Below are positions 8,737-19,445 of a stretch of 64,000 nucleotides of DNA, piece after piece. The position numbers were made by a program, and so were the translations under genes. The stretch's first letter is position 1; every line of letters begins with the position of its first letter. The notes under the pieces are model-generated. The model saw only the letters and a program-made list of their open reading frames with translations, had not been told where the DNA came from and ran no database searches. This DNA comes from Candidatus Spyradenecus sp. (GTDB lineage: Bacteria > Verrucomicrobiota > Verrucomicrobiia > Opitutales > UBA953), in assembly GCA_045535075.1 (NCBI GenBank), contig JAZSKX010000015.1, forward strand, positions 64,001 to 128,000. Reading direction: 5' to 3'.

Positions 8737-10275
8737 ATGGCTAAGAAAAAAGAAACCTCAGACGAACCTCTGGAAAAACAGCTTTGGAAAGCTGCCGATA
8801 AGTTGCGAAAAAACATCGATGCCGCAGAATACAAGCACGTTGTGCTCGGCCTCATTTTCCTGCGCTATATTTCCGTTTCGTTTGAGGCCCTGTATGCCAA
8901 GTTGCAGGCGGAAGTCGCAGAAGGGGCTGACCCGGAAGACCGTGAAGAATACAAAGCGGAAAACATTTTTTATGTTCCCTCCGTCGCTCGCTGGAGCAAT
9001 CTGGTCGCCAATGCCAAAGATCCGAAAATCGGAAAATTTATCGACGATGCGATGGATGCCATCGAGCGGGAAAACCCGATACTTAAAGGCGTTTTGCCCA
9101 AAGTGTTTGCGCGTCCGAATCTCGATCCCGCGAGCCTCGGCGAGTTGATCGACCTCATCGGCAACAGCACACTCAGTGCCGCCACCAACAGCGCAGACCT
9201 CCTCGGGCACGTATTCGAATATTTTTTGGGCGAATTCGCACTCGCCGAAGGCAAAAAAGGCGGGCAGTTCTATACGCCGAGAAGCGTCGTCGAACTTCTC
9301 GTTAAGATGCTTGAGCCGTACAAAGGGCGCGTTCTCGACCCGTGTTGCGGTTCCGGAGGAATGTTCGTTCAAAGCGAGAAATTCGTCACGGAGCATCGCG
9401 GTCGACTCAACGATATCTCCGTTTATGGGCAGGAAAGCAATCAGACGACTTGGCGCCTCTGCAAAATGAACCTCGCCATTCGCGGGATCGACGCTTCGCA
9501 GGTCGCGTGGAATACTGAAGGCTCTTTTCTGAACGACGCGCACCGCGACGTGAAAGTTGACTACGTTATCGCCAATCCTCCCTTTAATGACAGCGACTGG
9601 AGCGGAAATTCGCTCCGTTCCGACGGTCGTTGGAAATACGGCGTTCCTCCCGCCGGGAACGCGAACTTCGCGTGGATTCAGCACTTCATTTATCACTTGG
9701 CTCCGAACGGACAGGCCGGATTTGTTTTAGCAAAAGGCGCGATGACGTCCAAGAGCGGCGGCGAAGGCGAAATCCGAAAAGCCTTAGTCGATGCCGGCTT
9801 GGTGGATTGTATCGTAAACCTTCCCGCAAAGCTTTTTCTGAATACCCAAATTCCTGCTTCGCTCTGGTTCCTCAGCCGCAACCGCACTGCGACTGACCGT
9901 TTTCGGGAACGCAACGGAGAAATCCTTTTCATTGATGCCCGCAATCTGGGGCATCTCATCAATCGCCGCACGCGCGAATTCAGCCCGAAAGATATTGCCC
10001 GCATCGCCGATACTTACCACAGTTGGCGCAATAAGAACGGAACCTACGAAGACGTTCCCGGCTTCTGTGCTTCCGTTCCCGTAGCCCGTGTTGCCGAACT
10101 CGATTACGTCCTCACGCCCGGTCGTTACGTCGGGCTTCCCGAGGAGGAAGACGATTTCAACTTCGCCGAACGCTTTTCCGCGCTCAAAGCCGAGTTTGAA
10201 GAACAACTAAAGGAAGAAGCCCGCCTCAACAAGCTCATCTTGGAAAATCTGGCGACGATCAAAGTCGGAAAATAA
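8737..10275 (+). CDS. hsdM: Type I restriction-modification methyltransferase subunit
   Basis: LWKAADKLR N-terminus, GQFYTP, DPCCGSGG (motif I), ANPPF (motif IV). Confidence 0.96.
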   Translation: MAKKKETSDEPLEKQLWKAADKLRKNIDAAEYKHVVLGLIFLRYISVSFEALYAKLQAEVAEGADPEDREEYKAENIFYVPSVARWSNLVANAKDPKIGKFIDDAMDAIERENPILKGVLPKVFARPNLDPASLGELIDLIGNSTLSAATNSADLLGHVFEYFLGEFALAEGKKGGQFYTPRSVVELLVKMLEPYKGRVLDPCCGSGGMFVQSEKFVTEHRGRLNDISVYGQESNQTTWRLCKMNLAIRGIDASQVAWNTEGSFLNDAHRDVKVDYVIANPPFNDSDWSGNSLRSDGRWKYGVPPAGNANFAWIQHFIYHLAPNGQAGFVLAKGAMTSKSGGEGEIRKALVDAGLVDCIVNLPAKLFLNTQIPASLWFLSRNRTATDRFRERNGEILFIDARNLGHLINRRTREFSPKDIARIADTYHSWRNKNGTYEDVPGFCASVPVARVAELDYVLTPGRYVGLPEEEDDFNFAERFSALKAEFEEQLKEEARLNKLILENLATIKVGK

Positions 10276-10373
10276 TGGAATTTATCTCGGAACGCGGTAA
10301 TTACCAAGAGCAGGAATCGTATCGGAACTCCGTTCTGATACACGACGCCACGGTGGAATTCTCCGCCAAGTGA
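10275..10373 (+). pseudogene. Truncated N-terminal relic, possibly of a four-helix-bundle-suffix protein
   Basis: ATG overlaps the hsdM stop; MEFISERGNYQEQESYRNSVLIHDATVEFSAK* recalls the G(N/G)Y..L.SY....IYDATV.F N-terminus of that family (from memory). Confidence 0.4.
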
Positions 10374-10453
10374 AAGAAAATTGCCGACAACTTGAAATCC
10401 CGAGCAAAGAAATATTAAACTTTAGAACCATCTAACACTCTCCCCGAAACAAA

Positions 10454-11581
10454 ATGCCTAACGAATCAAAATCTTCGGAGCACTCCGAACCAATCCTCCA
10501 AAAGAAAATCGAGTGGAAAGAGTATAAGTTGGGGGAAGTCATTACCTTGCAGAGAGGGGTTGATTTGCCGAAAAATAAAATGGAGAAAGGTCGTTATCCT
10601 GTTGCAGGATCGAATGGAATTATTGGATATCACAATTGTCATACGACGAATGGTCCGGGGGTTACTATTGGTCGAAGCGGAAATATTGGTGCAGTACATT
10701 TCTATGAATCAGATTTTTGGGCACACAATACGTCCTTGTATGTAAAGGACTTTAAGGGGAACGACGAGAGGTATATCTATTATTTTCTAAAGACTATTGA
10801 CTTTTCACAGTTCAATACAGGAAGTGCGGTTCCCTCTCTGAATAGAAATCATCTACACGAATTGAGCGTCCGACTTCCACCTCTCTCGGAGCAAAAGCGG
10901 ATTGCGTCGATTCTTAGTTCTTTGGACGACAAAATCGACTTGTTCCACCGCCAAAACGTCACCCTCGAAGCCATGGCGGAAACCCTCTTCCGCCACCACT
11001 TCATCGAAAACCCCAATCCCAATTGGAAGGAAGTATCTTTAACAGAAATAGCGACGTTTACCAATGGGCTTGCATGCCAAAAATATCCGCCTAAAAATGA
11101 AGCCGAAAAACTTCCGGTTTTAAAAATTCGAGAATTGTCCAACGGAATCGGAAATGATTCGGATTGGGCGACAACGAATGTCGGGAGTGAATATGTCGTG
11201 CATGCCGGAGATGTAATTTTTGCATGGTCAGCTTCTTTGATGGTGAAGATTTGGGATGGAGAAGATTGTATTCTCAACCAACACCTTTTCAAAGTAACCT
11301 CCGAGAAATACCCGAAATGGTTTTATTATTTTTGGTGTAAACACCACCTCAACGAATTTATTTCTATTGCTCAAAGCCACGCAACCACAATGGGGCACAT
11401 TAAGCGAAAAGACTTGGATTCTGCGCGAGTGCTAGTTCCGTCAGATGATGAATTGCTTGGTTATAGCGACGAGATTTCTTTCCTCATACAAAAAATGGAA
11501 GTAAATAACAGAGCGATACTTCAACTCACTAATTTGAGAAGTATACTGCTTCAGACCTTTTTTAATAGAGAAAGGGAATAG
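10454..11581 (+). CDS. hsdS: Type I R-M specificity subunit
   Basis: Two TRDs, central conserved LPPLSEQKRIASILSSLDDKIDL; lower GC. Confidence 0.93.
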   Translation: MPNESKSSEHSEPILQKKIEWKEYKLGEVITLQRGVDLPKNKMEKGRYPVAGSNGIIGYHNCHTTNGPGVTIGRSGNIGAVHFYESDFWAHNTSLYVKDFKGNDERYIYYFLKTIDFSQFNTGSAVPSLNRNHLHELSVRLPPLSEQKRIASILSSLDDKIDLFHRQNVTLEAMAETLFRHHFIENPNPNWKEVSLTEIATFTNGLACQKYPPKNEAEKLPVLKIRELSNGIGNDSDWATTNVGSEYVVHAGDVIFAWSASLMVKIWDGEDCILNQHLFKVTSEKYPKWFYYFWCKHHLNEFISIAQSHATTMGHIKRKDLDSARVLVPSDDELLGYSDEISFLIQKMEVNNRAILQLTNLRSILLQTFFNRERE

Positions 11582-11583
11582 CG

Positions 11584-12234
11584 TTGGAAAAATTAAAGGA
11601 TAAAATATCTCGGTACGGGAGATGAAGCCCTATTAACGATTATATCAACCGAATACAGACACACTTAGATGATGACTTTTCAGTGTGTGTAGAGAATGCC
11701 AAAGCGTTACTTGAGACAATCGGAAAGGAAATATGTAAATCTAAAGGAAAACCACTAGGGAAATCACCTTCTATGAATAGTGTATTGAAGAATGCATTTT
11801 CGGCAATGGGGTACACGAATTCCGATATGATTACTCAGATTTCCTCTGCACTTGGGACGATTGGGCAGAAATTAGGTTCTCTGAGAAACGATGTGGGAAG
11901 TAGTTCCCATGGACGATCGTTAGAGGACTTGAAAAAAAGAAATGATATTGTTAACGAGACAACAAAATTATTTTTAATTGATAGTGTGGATTTGGTTGCA
12001 TGTTTTTTAATTGGGTTGTTTGAAGGGGAGCATATCGAGTCTTCTTCTGTTGAAGAAGTTGAATATAGTGCGTGCGAAGATTTTAACGCGTATTGGGACG
12101 ACCAATACGGAGAATTTTCAATGGGGGATTACTCGTACACGGCAAGTGAGATCTTGTACAGTGTAGACCCTCAAGCTTACAAAAGCGAATACAGTTCATA
12201 TCTAAATGAGGGTGAAGAGAACCTGGCTTATTGA
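11584..12234 (+). pseudogene. Abortive-infection (Abi C-terminal, HEPN-like) protein with an in-frame TGA at codon 14
   Basis: TTG at 11584 is in frame with ORF 11683-12234: LEKLKDKISRYGR*SPINDYINRIQ...ENAKALLETIGKEI...LRNDVGSSSHGR. Confidence 0.6.
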
Positions 12235-12246
12235 TCGTTCCTATCT

Positions 12247-13143
12247 ATGAATGACTTGACGACAAAGAGACTTGCGGTAATAAAGCAATTATACCTCCAG
12301 GGGGTAAATCAATCTTATGAAGTAGAGCCGATAAACGGATTCTCTATATTGTCATTTCACGACAGTGTCGAAATGTTTATGAAGCTTTGTGCAGAACAAA
12401 AAGGCATCCGAATAGATAGGCATACTAATTTTTCAGATTACTTTTCTAAGATTCCGGATTTGAAAGGAGGTTCCCCTATGGTTTCTTTGAACAGTAGGCG
12501 TGTCAGCTTGAAGCACAGTGGGCTACTCCCGTCGAAATTAGATATTGAAATATCGCGAAGAAATACCATGGATTTTTTCGAAGAAAATACACCAATTTTC
12601 TTTGGCAAAAGATTTGGTGAGATTTCTTTGATATCACTAATAAAGTATCCGTCGGTCTGTGAATATTTGGAAGACTCACAGGTCGCAATTAATGAAAATA
12701 AGTATGAGGAGGCGATCAAAATATCACAAGTTGCATTTAAGGAACTCCTGCATTGTCATCACGAAGAGAATTCCAAAGACTTTCTAAATCCGTTTTCTGA
12801 GGTAAAAAGTTTTACGTTTCATAAAAGCTTTTTTATAAAGCCGGAGATAGGCAAGAGGTTTGACAAATTTGTGGACGATGTATCCCTTTCTATTCCCAGA
12901 TTAGAAGAAGCCGTAAAGATAATTGGGTTTGGCATAGATTATAGACAGTATTGTAAATTCAGATTATTTACACCGATAATCTGTGTTGAATATGTCAATG
13001 ATGAGAGACAATACTCTGTTGGTGCGAGTGATGGTCGGTTGATTTTCAATCTGCAAAATGCAAGATTTTGTTTTGATTTCGTGGTATTATCGGCCCTGAA
13101 GCTCCAAGAGTTTTGTGTGGACCTCAAAAATACCATAAAATGA
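12247..13143 (+). CDS. Hypothetical protein with a HEPN-like RxxxxH motif, embedded in the R-M locus
   Basis: 298 aa, AT-rich; SILSFHDSVEMF and LNSRRVSLKHSG (R-x4-H). Confidence 0.6.
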   Translation: MNDLTTKRLAVIKQLYLQGVNQSYEVEPINGFSILSFHDSVEMFMKLCAEQKGIRIDRHTNFSDYFSKIPDLKGGSPMVSLNSRRVSLKHSGLLPSKLDIEISRRNTMDFFEENTPIFFGKRFGEISLISLIKYPSVCEYLEDSQVAINENKYEEAIKISQVAFKELLHCHHEENSKDFLNPFSEVKSFTFHKSFFIKPEIGKRFDKFVDDVSLSIPRLEEAVKIIGFGIDYRQYCKFRLFTPIICVEYVNDERQYSVGASDGRLIFNLQNARFCFDFVVLSALKLQEFCVDLKNTIK

Positions 13144-13150
13144 TTTTCCT

Positions 13151-16100
13151 ATGCTTTCGCTCACTGAATCCAAGATAGAAACCTTTGCGATCGAGTTGTT
13201 GGGATGGCTCGGGTATCGCTATTTTTACGGGCCGGAGATTGCGCCGGACGGGGAAAAGCCGATGCGTGCGGCGTTCGGCGAAGTCGTCTTGGAAGCGGTG
13301 TTGCGTGAGGCCGTTTACCGCATCAATCCGGGCGTGCCGCAGGCGGTGTGCGACGAGGCGGTCAGCCGGGTGCTCCGCATCGCGTCGCCGGATTTGTTGG
13401 CGAACAACGAGCAGTTTCACCGTATGCTGACGGAGGGCGTTCCCGTGTCGGTGCATCGCGACGGTGCGGAGCGGGGCGAGTTGGTTTGGTTAGTAGATTT
13501 TGACAATCCGGAAAACAACGATTTTGCCGTCGTTAATCAATTTACGATTATCGAGAACGGGCACAACAAGCGCCCGGACGTTTTGCTTTTTGTGAACGGC
13601 TTGCCCTTGGTGGTGATTGAGCTGAAAAATGCCGCGGACGAGAATGCGACGGTGCAGAGCGCGTTCCGGCAGATTGAGACTTACAAGCAGATGATTCCGT
13701 CGCTGTTTACCTACAATGCGTTGACGGTGATTTCGGACGGCTTGGATGCGCGCGCGGGAACGCTTTCGTCGGGATTTTCCCGCATGATGGCTTGGAAGAG
13801 TGCGGACGGGAAGGCGGAGGCATCGCACCTGATCGGACAGTTGGAAGTGCTGATTCGCGGGATGTTGAACAAGGCAACGCTCTTGGACCTTGTCCGCTCG
13901 TTTACGGTGTTTGAAAAAACCAAGACGGAAGACAAGGTAACGGGGCTGACGACGATTCGCACCGTGAAAAAAGTTGCCGCGTATCACCAGTATTACGCCG
14001 TGAACAAGGCGGTGGAATCGACCGTGCGCGCAACGGGAATTAACTTGGACGATCGTTTTGTTTTGCGGGAAGATCCTGCGAAATACGGTTTAAAAGACGT
14101 GTCGGAACAGCCCCGGGGCGACCGCAAGGCGGGCGTTGTGTGGCACACGCAGGGCTCGGGCAAGTCTTTGTCGATGGTGTTTTATGTGGGCAAGGTTGTG
14201 CGCATACTGAGTAACCCGACGATTGTGGTCATCACGGACCGCAACGATTTGGACGACCAGTTGTTCGGGACGTTTGCGGATTGCCGCCAGTTGTTGCGGC
14301 AAACGCCGGTGCAGGCGGAAAATCGGGACGAGTTGAAACGCCTGTTGCGCGTGGCTTCCGGAGGTGTGATTTTTACGACGATTCAAAAATTCCAACCGGA
14401 GAGCGGGAACGTGTATGGGACGCTGACGGAGCGGAGCAATGTCATTGTAATCGCCGATGAGGCGCACCGCACGCAATACGGTTTCAAGGCAAAGACGGTC
14501 GATGTGCGCAACGAAGCGGACGAAGTGGTCGGCTCGGAAATTAAATACGGATTTGCGAAATATTTGAGAGACGCATTGCCCAATGCGACCTACTTGGGCT
14601 TTACGGGAACGCCGATTGAGGCGACGGACGTGAATACGCCCGCCGTATTCGGAAATTATGTGGACGTTTACGATATTGCTCAGGCGGTGGAAGACGGCGC
14701 GACGGTGCGCATTTTCTATGAAAGCCGATTGGCAAAGGTGGAACTGAGCGAGGCCGGACGCAACTTAATCGAAAGCCTTGATAGAGAGCTGAAAACGGAA
14801 AAGCTGGATGACGTACAGAAAGCAAAGGCGAAATGGACTCAACTTGAAGCGCTCATCGGAAGCGAATCCCGGATTCGCAACATCGCCAAAGATATTGTTT
14901 CCCACTTTGAACAGCGGCAGGAAGTATTTGAAGGAAAAGGAATGATTGTGGCGATGAGCCGTCGTATTGCTGTCGAGCTTTACGAGGCGATTATCGCTCT
15001 GCGTCCGCAATGGCACAGCGAAGATTTGTCGAAAGGTGCGATTAAGGTGGTTATGACTTCCGCTTCTTCGGACGGCACAAGTATTTCGAAGCACCACACT
15101 TCAAAAGAACAGCGGCGAACTTTGGCGGACAGAATGAAAGATCCGAAGGATGAGCTGAAATTAGTCATCGTTCGGGACATGTGGCTGACCGGATTTGACG
15201 TTCCCTGTTTGCACACGCTTTATATTGATAAGCCAATGCAGGGGCACAACCTGATGCAGGCAATTGCCCGTGTGAATCGTGTTTACAAGGATAAACCGGG
15301 CGGGCTTGTCGTAGATTATCTGGGAATTGCGTCGGATTTGAAAAAGGCGCTTTCGTTCTATTCGGATTCGCAGGGAAAGGGAAATCCCGCAGAGCAGCAG
15401 GAGCAGGCGGTTGCTTTGATGGAGGAAAAAATGGAAGTAGTTCGGCAAATGCTGAACGGAGTGGATTATTCATCGTATTTTTCGGCGGACGTTGCCAAAA
15501 AACTGTCGCTAATTCTTCACGCCGAGGATTATGTACTCGGTTTGGACGACGGGAAAAAGCGTTTTGTAAGGGAGGTTTCGACGCTTTCAAAGGCGTTTGC
15601 CATCGCGATTCCGCACGACAAGGCGATGGAGGCGAAGGACGAGATTTCATTTTTTCAGGCGGTAAAAGCGCGCCTTTGCAAATTTGATATAACTTCATCC
15701 GGTAAAACGCTTGAAGAAATTGAGACTACAATACGGCAAGTTGTCGATAAAGCTTTAGTTTCGGAGCAGGTCGTCGATTTATTTGACGCTACGGGAATTA
15801 AAAAGCCGGATATTTCCATCCTTTCTGAAGAGTTCCTCATGGAACTCAAAGGGATGCAACACAAGAATATTGCATTGGAGGTTTTGAAGAAGCTTCTGAA
15901 CGATGAGATTAAGGCCCGGATGCGGCGAAATCTCGTGCAAGGAAAAACGTTGATGGAAATGCTCGAAAACTCTATCGCCCGGTATCACAACAAGGTGGTT
16001 ACTGCCGTGGAAGTTATCGATGAACTGATCGCGTTGAGCAAACACATTGTCGGACAAGATAAAGGCGCGGAAGAACTCGGCTTATCCGGATACGAATATG

Positions 16101-16372
16101 CGTTCTACTCTGCGGTCGCCGACAATCAGAGTGCCGTGGACTTAATGGGGCAGGATAAACTGCGCGAGTTGGCGGTAGCGTTGACGGAAACGATTCGGAA
16201 AAATTCTTCGATTGATTGGGAAATAAAGGAAAATGTCCGCGCTAAAATGCGGGTCGCGGTCAAGCGGCTTTTACGGCGCTACGGCTACCCGCCGGACATG
16301 CAACTACTGGCAACCGAAACGGTCATCAAGCAGGCGGAAATGATTTCGGCGGAATTGATAAAATCCGCATAA
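13151..16372 (+). CDS. hsdR: Type I R-M restriction subunit
   Basis: RPDVLLFVNGLPLVVIELK nuclease motif, HTQGSGKS Walker A, DEAHR, FTGTP, QAIARVNR. Confidence 0.96.
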   Translation: MLSLTESKIETFAIELLGWLGYRYFYGPEIAPDGEKPMRAAFGEVVLEAVLREAVYRINPGVPQAVCDEAVSRVLRIASPDLLANNEQFHRMLTEGVPVSVHRDGAERGELVWLVDFDNPENNDFAVVNQFTIIENGHNKRPDVLLFVNGLPLVVIELKNAADENATVQSAFRQIETYKQMIPSLFTYNALTVISDGLDARAGTLSSGFSRMMAWKSADGKAEASHLIGQLEVLIRGMLNKATLLDLVRSFTVFEKTKTEDKVTGLTTIRTVKKVAAYHQYYAVNKAVESTVRATGINLDDRFVLREDPAKYGLKDVSEQPRGDRKAGVVWHTQGSGKSLSMVFYVGKVVRILSNPTIVVITDRNDLDDQLFGTFADCRQLLRQTPVQAENRDELKRLLRVASGGVIFTTIQKFQPESGNVYGTLTERSNVIVIADEAHRTQYGFKAKTVDVRNEADEVVGSEIKYGFAKYLRDALPNATYLGFTGTPIEATDVNTPAVFGNYVDVYDIAQAVEDGATVRIFYESRLAKVELSEAGRNLIESLDRELKTEKLDDVQKAKAKWTQLEALIGSESRIRNIAKDIVSHFEQRQEVFEGKGMIVAMSRRIAVELYEAIIALRPQWHSEDLSKGAIKVVMTSASSDGTSISKHHTSKEQRRTLADRMKDPKDELKLVIVRDMWLTGFDVPCLHTLYIDKPMQGHNLMQAIARVNRVYKDKPGGLVVDYLGIASDLKKALSFYSDSQGKGNPAEQQEQAVALMEEKMEVVRQMLNGVDYSSYFSADVAKKLSLILHAEDYVLGLDDGKKRFVREVSTLSKAFAIAIPHDKAMEAKDEISFFQAVKARLCKFDITSSGKTLEEIETTIRQVVDKALVSEQVVDLFDATGIKKPDISILSEEFLMELKGMQHKNIALEVLKKLLNDEIKARMRRNLVQGKTLMEMLENSIARYHNKVVTAVEVIDELIALSKHIVGQDKGAEELGLSGYEYAFYSAVADNQSAVDLMGQDKLRELAVALTETIRKNSSIDWEIKENVRAKMRVAVKRLLRRYGYPPDMQLLATETVIKQAEMISAELIKSA

Positions 16373-16412
16373 TAGTGTTCCCGTGAGTTTTCTGCGGGAA
16401 TTTGCGGAGGTT

Positions 16413-19241
16413 TTACAGAAACTTGGCGGTGGGGGTGGAGGCGCGGGAGCGAAGTTCCTCGGGCGTTCCCGTGAAGATGAGTTGACCGCCTGCGTTCCCG
16501 CCGCAGGGACCGAGCTCGACGATCCAATCCGCGCAGCGCACGACGTCGCTGTTGTGTTCGATAACGATGAGCGTGTGCCCGGCGTCGCGCAGTTTAAAAA
16601 GCAAATTCATGAGCAGGCGGATGTCGTCCCAATGCAGGCCCGTCGTCGGTTCGTCGAGCAGGTAAAGTGTGCGTTCCCGCTTGCGCTTGGAAAGCTCGAG
16701 CGCGAGTTTGAGGCGTTGCGCTTCGCCGCCGGAAAGGGTCGGCGCGGGTTGCCCGAGTTTCAGATAGCCCAGCCCGACTTCGTCGAGCGTTGTAAGTAAA
16801 TTTCGGATACTCGGTTGAGCGCGGAAAAACGTGCACGCGTCGGCGACGGTCATATCGAGCACTTCCGCGATGTTCAGCCCTTTGAAAAGCACTTCGAGTG
16901 TTTCGCGGTTGTAGCGCGCGCCGCGGCAACTCGGACACTCAACCCAGGTTTCGCCGAGAAACTGCATGTCGAGCGCGATTTGCCCTTCGCCCTGGCATTT
17001 TTCGCAGCGTCCGCCGCGTTTGTTAAACGAAAATCTTCCCGCGTCGTAGCCGCGCATTTTGGCGAGCGGCGTGGCGGCGTAAAGTTTTCTCAACAAGTCA
17101 AAAATCCCGGTAAACGTTGCCGGATTCGAGCGCGGCGAGCGCCCGATAGGCGCTTGGTCAATGCGAACGAAACCTTCAAAATTTTCCAATCCGTCTATTC
17201 CTGCGTGCTTGCCGGGAACGCATTTCGCACGATTGATTTTGCGCGCGGCGGCGTTGCCGAGAATGCCGTTGACGAGCGTGGATTTGCCCGAGCCGGAAAC
17301 GCCGCAGACAACGGTCAGCGCGCCGCACGGGAACGCGACATCGATGTTTTTCAAATTGTTTTCCGCCGCGCCGCGCACGGTAAAAAATCGCTTCGCGGGA
17401 ACGCGCGGAAAAACTTCGGTGAGCTCACGGGAACGCGCGTCCGATGAAGTATTCAGAAATTGAGCCGTGCGTGATTTCCCTTCGGCAAGGCATTCGGGGA
17501 GCGTTCCCGAAAAGACGAGCGTGCCGCCTTGCGTTCCCGCTCCGGGACCGATTTCTACGACGTGATCCGCCGCCAAAATCGTGTCGCGGTCGTGTTCGAC
17601 AACGAGAACGCTGTTCCCGCGTTTGCGCAAATCTTTCATCTGCGCAATCAGCCGCGCGTGGTCCGCCGGGTGCAAGCCGATGCTCGGTTCGTCCAAAATA
17701 TAAGTTACGCCGACGAGGCCCAAGCCGAGTTGCGCGGCAAGGCGCACGCGCTGAACTTCGCCGCCGGAAAGCGTCGAGTAGGCGCGATTCAGCGTCAGGT
17801 AAGAAAGCCCGGTTGTATCCAAAAATCGGAGACGTTTTTCCAAGCCAGCGCGCGCGTCTTCCACGGGCGCAACTGCGGGAACGCTTTTCAGATTTTTGAC
17901 AAAATCAAGCGCGGCGGGAACGCTCATCGCGAAAAAATCGCCGACGGATTTTCCGCCGAGTTTCACGGCGAGTGCGCGCGGATTCAGGCGCAATCCGCCG
18001 CACGCAGCGCAGGGCGCGGAATGCTGAAACGCGAGTAAACGCGTGCGCAGAAGCAGGCTCGATGTCGAGGTTGCCGTTTTTTTCAAGTCGGCGAGCACGC
18101 CTTCGAAGGGGCGCGGCGCGGGCTTGCGGCGACCGTTTTTCAACAGGAATTCTTTTTCTCCGCTCCCGAAAAGGATGAGCTTTTGCGTTCCCGCGTCGAG
18201 TTTTTCCCAAGGCTCTTTCAGTGAAAACGGCACTTGCTCGGCGAGCTGGCGCAGCCACGCGTTGCGCTGGGTAATCATTTTTTTCGAGCCGTAGCGCCAA
18301 GGCTTGATCGCGCCGTCTTTGAGCGATTTTTTCGGGTCGGGAACGATGAGTTCGGGTAAAAATTGCGGTGTTTCGCCGAGTCCGCCGCACGCGGGGCACG
18401 CGCCGTCGGGGTGGCTTTCGGAAAAATTTTTCGGCGAGAGTGCCTCGTAGGTTTTTCCGCAGATTGTGCAGGAAAAATCGAGGCGAAGGGGAATTTCCTT
18501 TTCTTCTGCGGGAAGCAGGGCGAAGGCGCGGTTTTTGCCTTCGCGAAAGGCGAGTTCGAGCGAGTCGGCAAGGCGGGAACGCGCGTCGGCGGAAACGACG
18601 AGGCGGTCGACGATGAGATCGAGTGCGAGGACTCCTTTTTTTTCAAACTTGGGCAATTCGTCGTCGAGGTCGAAAATTTCGCCGTCGATGCGAATGCGCT
18701 GGAAACCGCGCCGGCGGAGGTTTTCGAGCTCGTCGTCGAGTAGTTTTCGTTTAATTTGCGTGTAGGGAGCGCCAAGGATGAGTTTCGTTCCCGCGGGCAG
18801 GGCGCAGAGTTGTCCGAGGCAATCGTCGAGCGTGCGGCGCGTGATTTCGCCGCCGTCGTCCGGGCAAAATTGCGTTCCCGCGACGGACCAGAGCAGGCGG
18901 GCGTAGTCGGCGATTTCGGTGGCGGTGGCGACGGTGGCGCGCGGGTTGTTGTTGGCGGAGCTGCGTTGTTCGATGGCGATGACGGGCGAGAGTCCGTGGA
19001 TGAAATCGACGTCCGGGCGCGGAATTTGCTCCAGATTCGCGCGCATTTTTGCCGAAAGGCTTTCCAAATATTGGCGTGCGCCCTCGGCGTAAATTGTGTC
19101 GAACGCGAGCGAGGATTTCCCGGATCCGGAAACTCCGGTAATTACGACGAGCTTTCCGCGCGGGATCCGAAGCTCGATGTTCTTCAGATTGTGTTCCCGC
19201 GCGCCTTTGACGTGAATTGTTCCCGGGGAAATTTCGCTCAC
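16413..19241 (-). CDS. uvrA: Excinuclease ABC subunit A
   Basis: [10 protein letters not shown], two GVSGSGKS Walker A motifs, LSGGE signatures, zinc fingers. Confidence 0.96.
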   Translation of the reverse strand: MSEISPGTIHVKGAREHNLKNIELRIPRGKLVVITGVSGSGKSSLAFDTIYAEGARQYLESLSAKMRANLEQIPRPDVDFIHGLSPVIAIEQRSSANNNPRATVATATEIADYARLLWSVAGTQFCPDDGGEITRRTLDDCLGQLCALPAGTKLILGAPYTQIKRKLLDDELENLRRRGFQRIRIDGEIFDLDDELPKFEKKGVLALDLIVDRLVVSADARSRLADSLELAFREGKNRAFALLPAEEKEIPLRLDFSCTICGKTYEALSPKNFSESHPDGACPACGGLGETPQFLPELIVPDPKKSLKDGAIKPWRYGSKKMITQRNAWLRQLAEQVPFSLKEPWEKLDAGTQKLILFGSGEKEFLLKNGRRKPAPRPFEGVLADLKKTATSTSSLLLRTRLLAFQHSAPCAACGGLRLNPRALAVKLGGKSVGDFFAMSVPAALDFVKNLKSVPAVAPVEDARAGLEKRLRFLDTTGLSYLTLNRAYSTLSGGEVQRVRLAAQLGLGLVGVTYILDEPSIGLHPADHARLIAQMKDLRKRGNSVLVVEHDRDTILAADHVVEIGPGAGTQGGTLVFSGTLPECLAEGKSRTAQFLNTSSDARSRELTEVFPRVPAKRFFTVRGAAENNLKNIDVAFPCGALTVVCGVSGSGKSTLVNGILGNAAARKINRAKCVPGKHAGIDGLENFEGFVRIDQAPIGRSPRSNPATFTGIFDLLRKLYAATPLAKMRGYDAGRFSFNKRGGRCEKCQGEGQIALDMQFLGETWVECPSCRGARYNRETLEVLFKGLNIAEVLDMTVADACTFFRAQPSIRNLLTTLDEVGLGYLKLGQPAPTLSGGEAQRLKLALELSKRKRERTLYLLDEPTTGLHWDDIRLLMNLLFKLRDAGHTLIVIEHNSDVVRCADWIVELGPCGGNAGGQLIFTGTPEELRSRASTPTAKFL

Positions 19242-19247
19242 GGCGAT

Positions 19248-19445
19248 TTAGCGTTGGCGATTGATGGCGTCAATAAGCGCTTGATTGCGTTCCCGTGCTT
19301 TTTCGTCGGCGACAACGAGAATGGCATGAATCATTCCCGGCACCCAGCCGAGGAAGCACAGCAACAGATTGAGCAGAAATTGAAACGGCTTTCCGCAAAG
19401 CAGGACTGCCAGCGGCGGAAGCAAAATTGCAATCAGATACAGCAT
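19248..19445 (-). CDS. YqaE/Pmp3 family small membrane protein
   Basis: YLIAILLPPLAV...LGWVPGMIHA. Confidence 0.85.
   Translation of the reverse strand: MLYLIAILLPPLAVLLCGKPFQFLLNLLLCFLGWVPGMIHAILVVADEKARERNQALIDAINRQR

Noticed and set aside
11623..11625. Alternative genetic code (TGA = Trp)
   Set aside because: TGA ends other genes (12234, 13143, 33572) and Trp is encoded by TGG throughout.
8737..16372. GCGGGAAC as the target of the local Type I R-M system
   Set aside because: Type I sites are bipartite with a spacer, and the hsdS looks recently acquired while the motif is pervasive in core genes.
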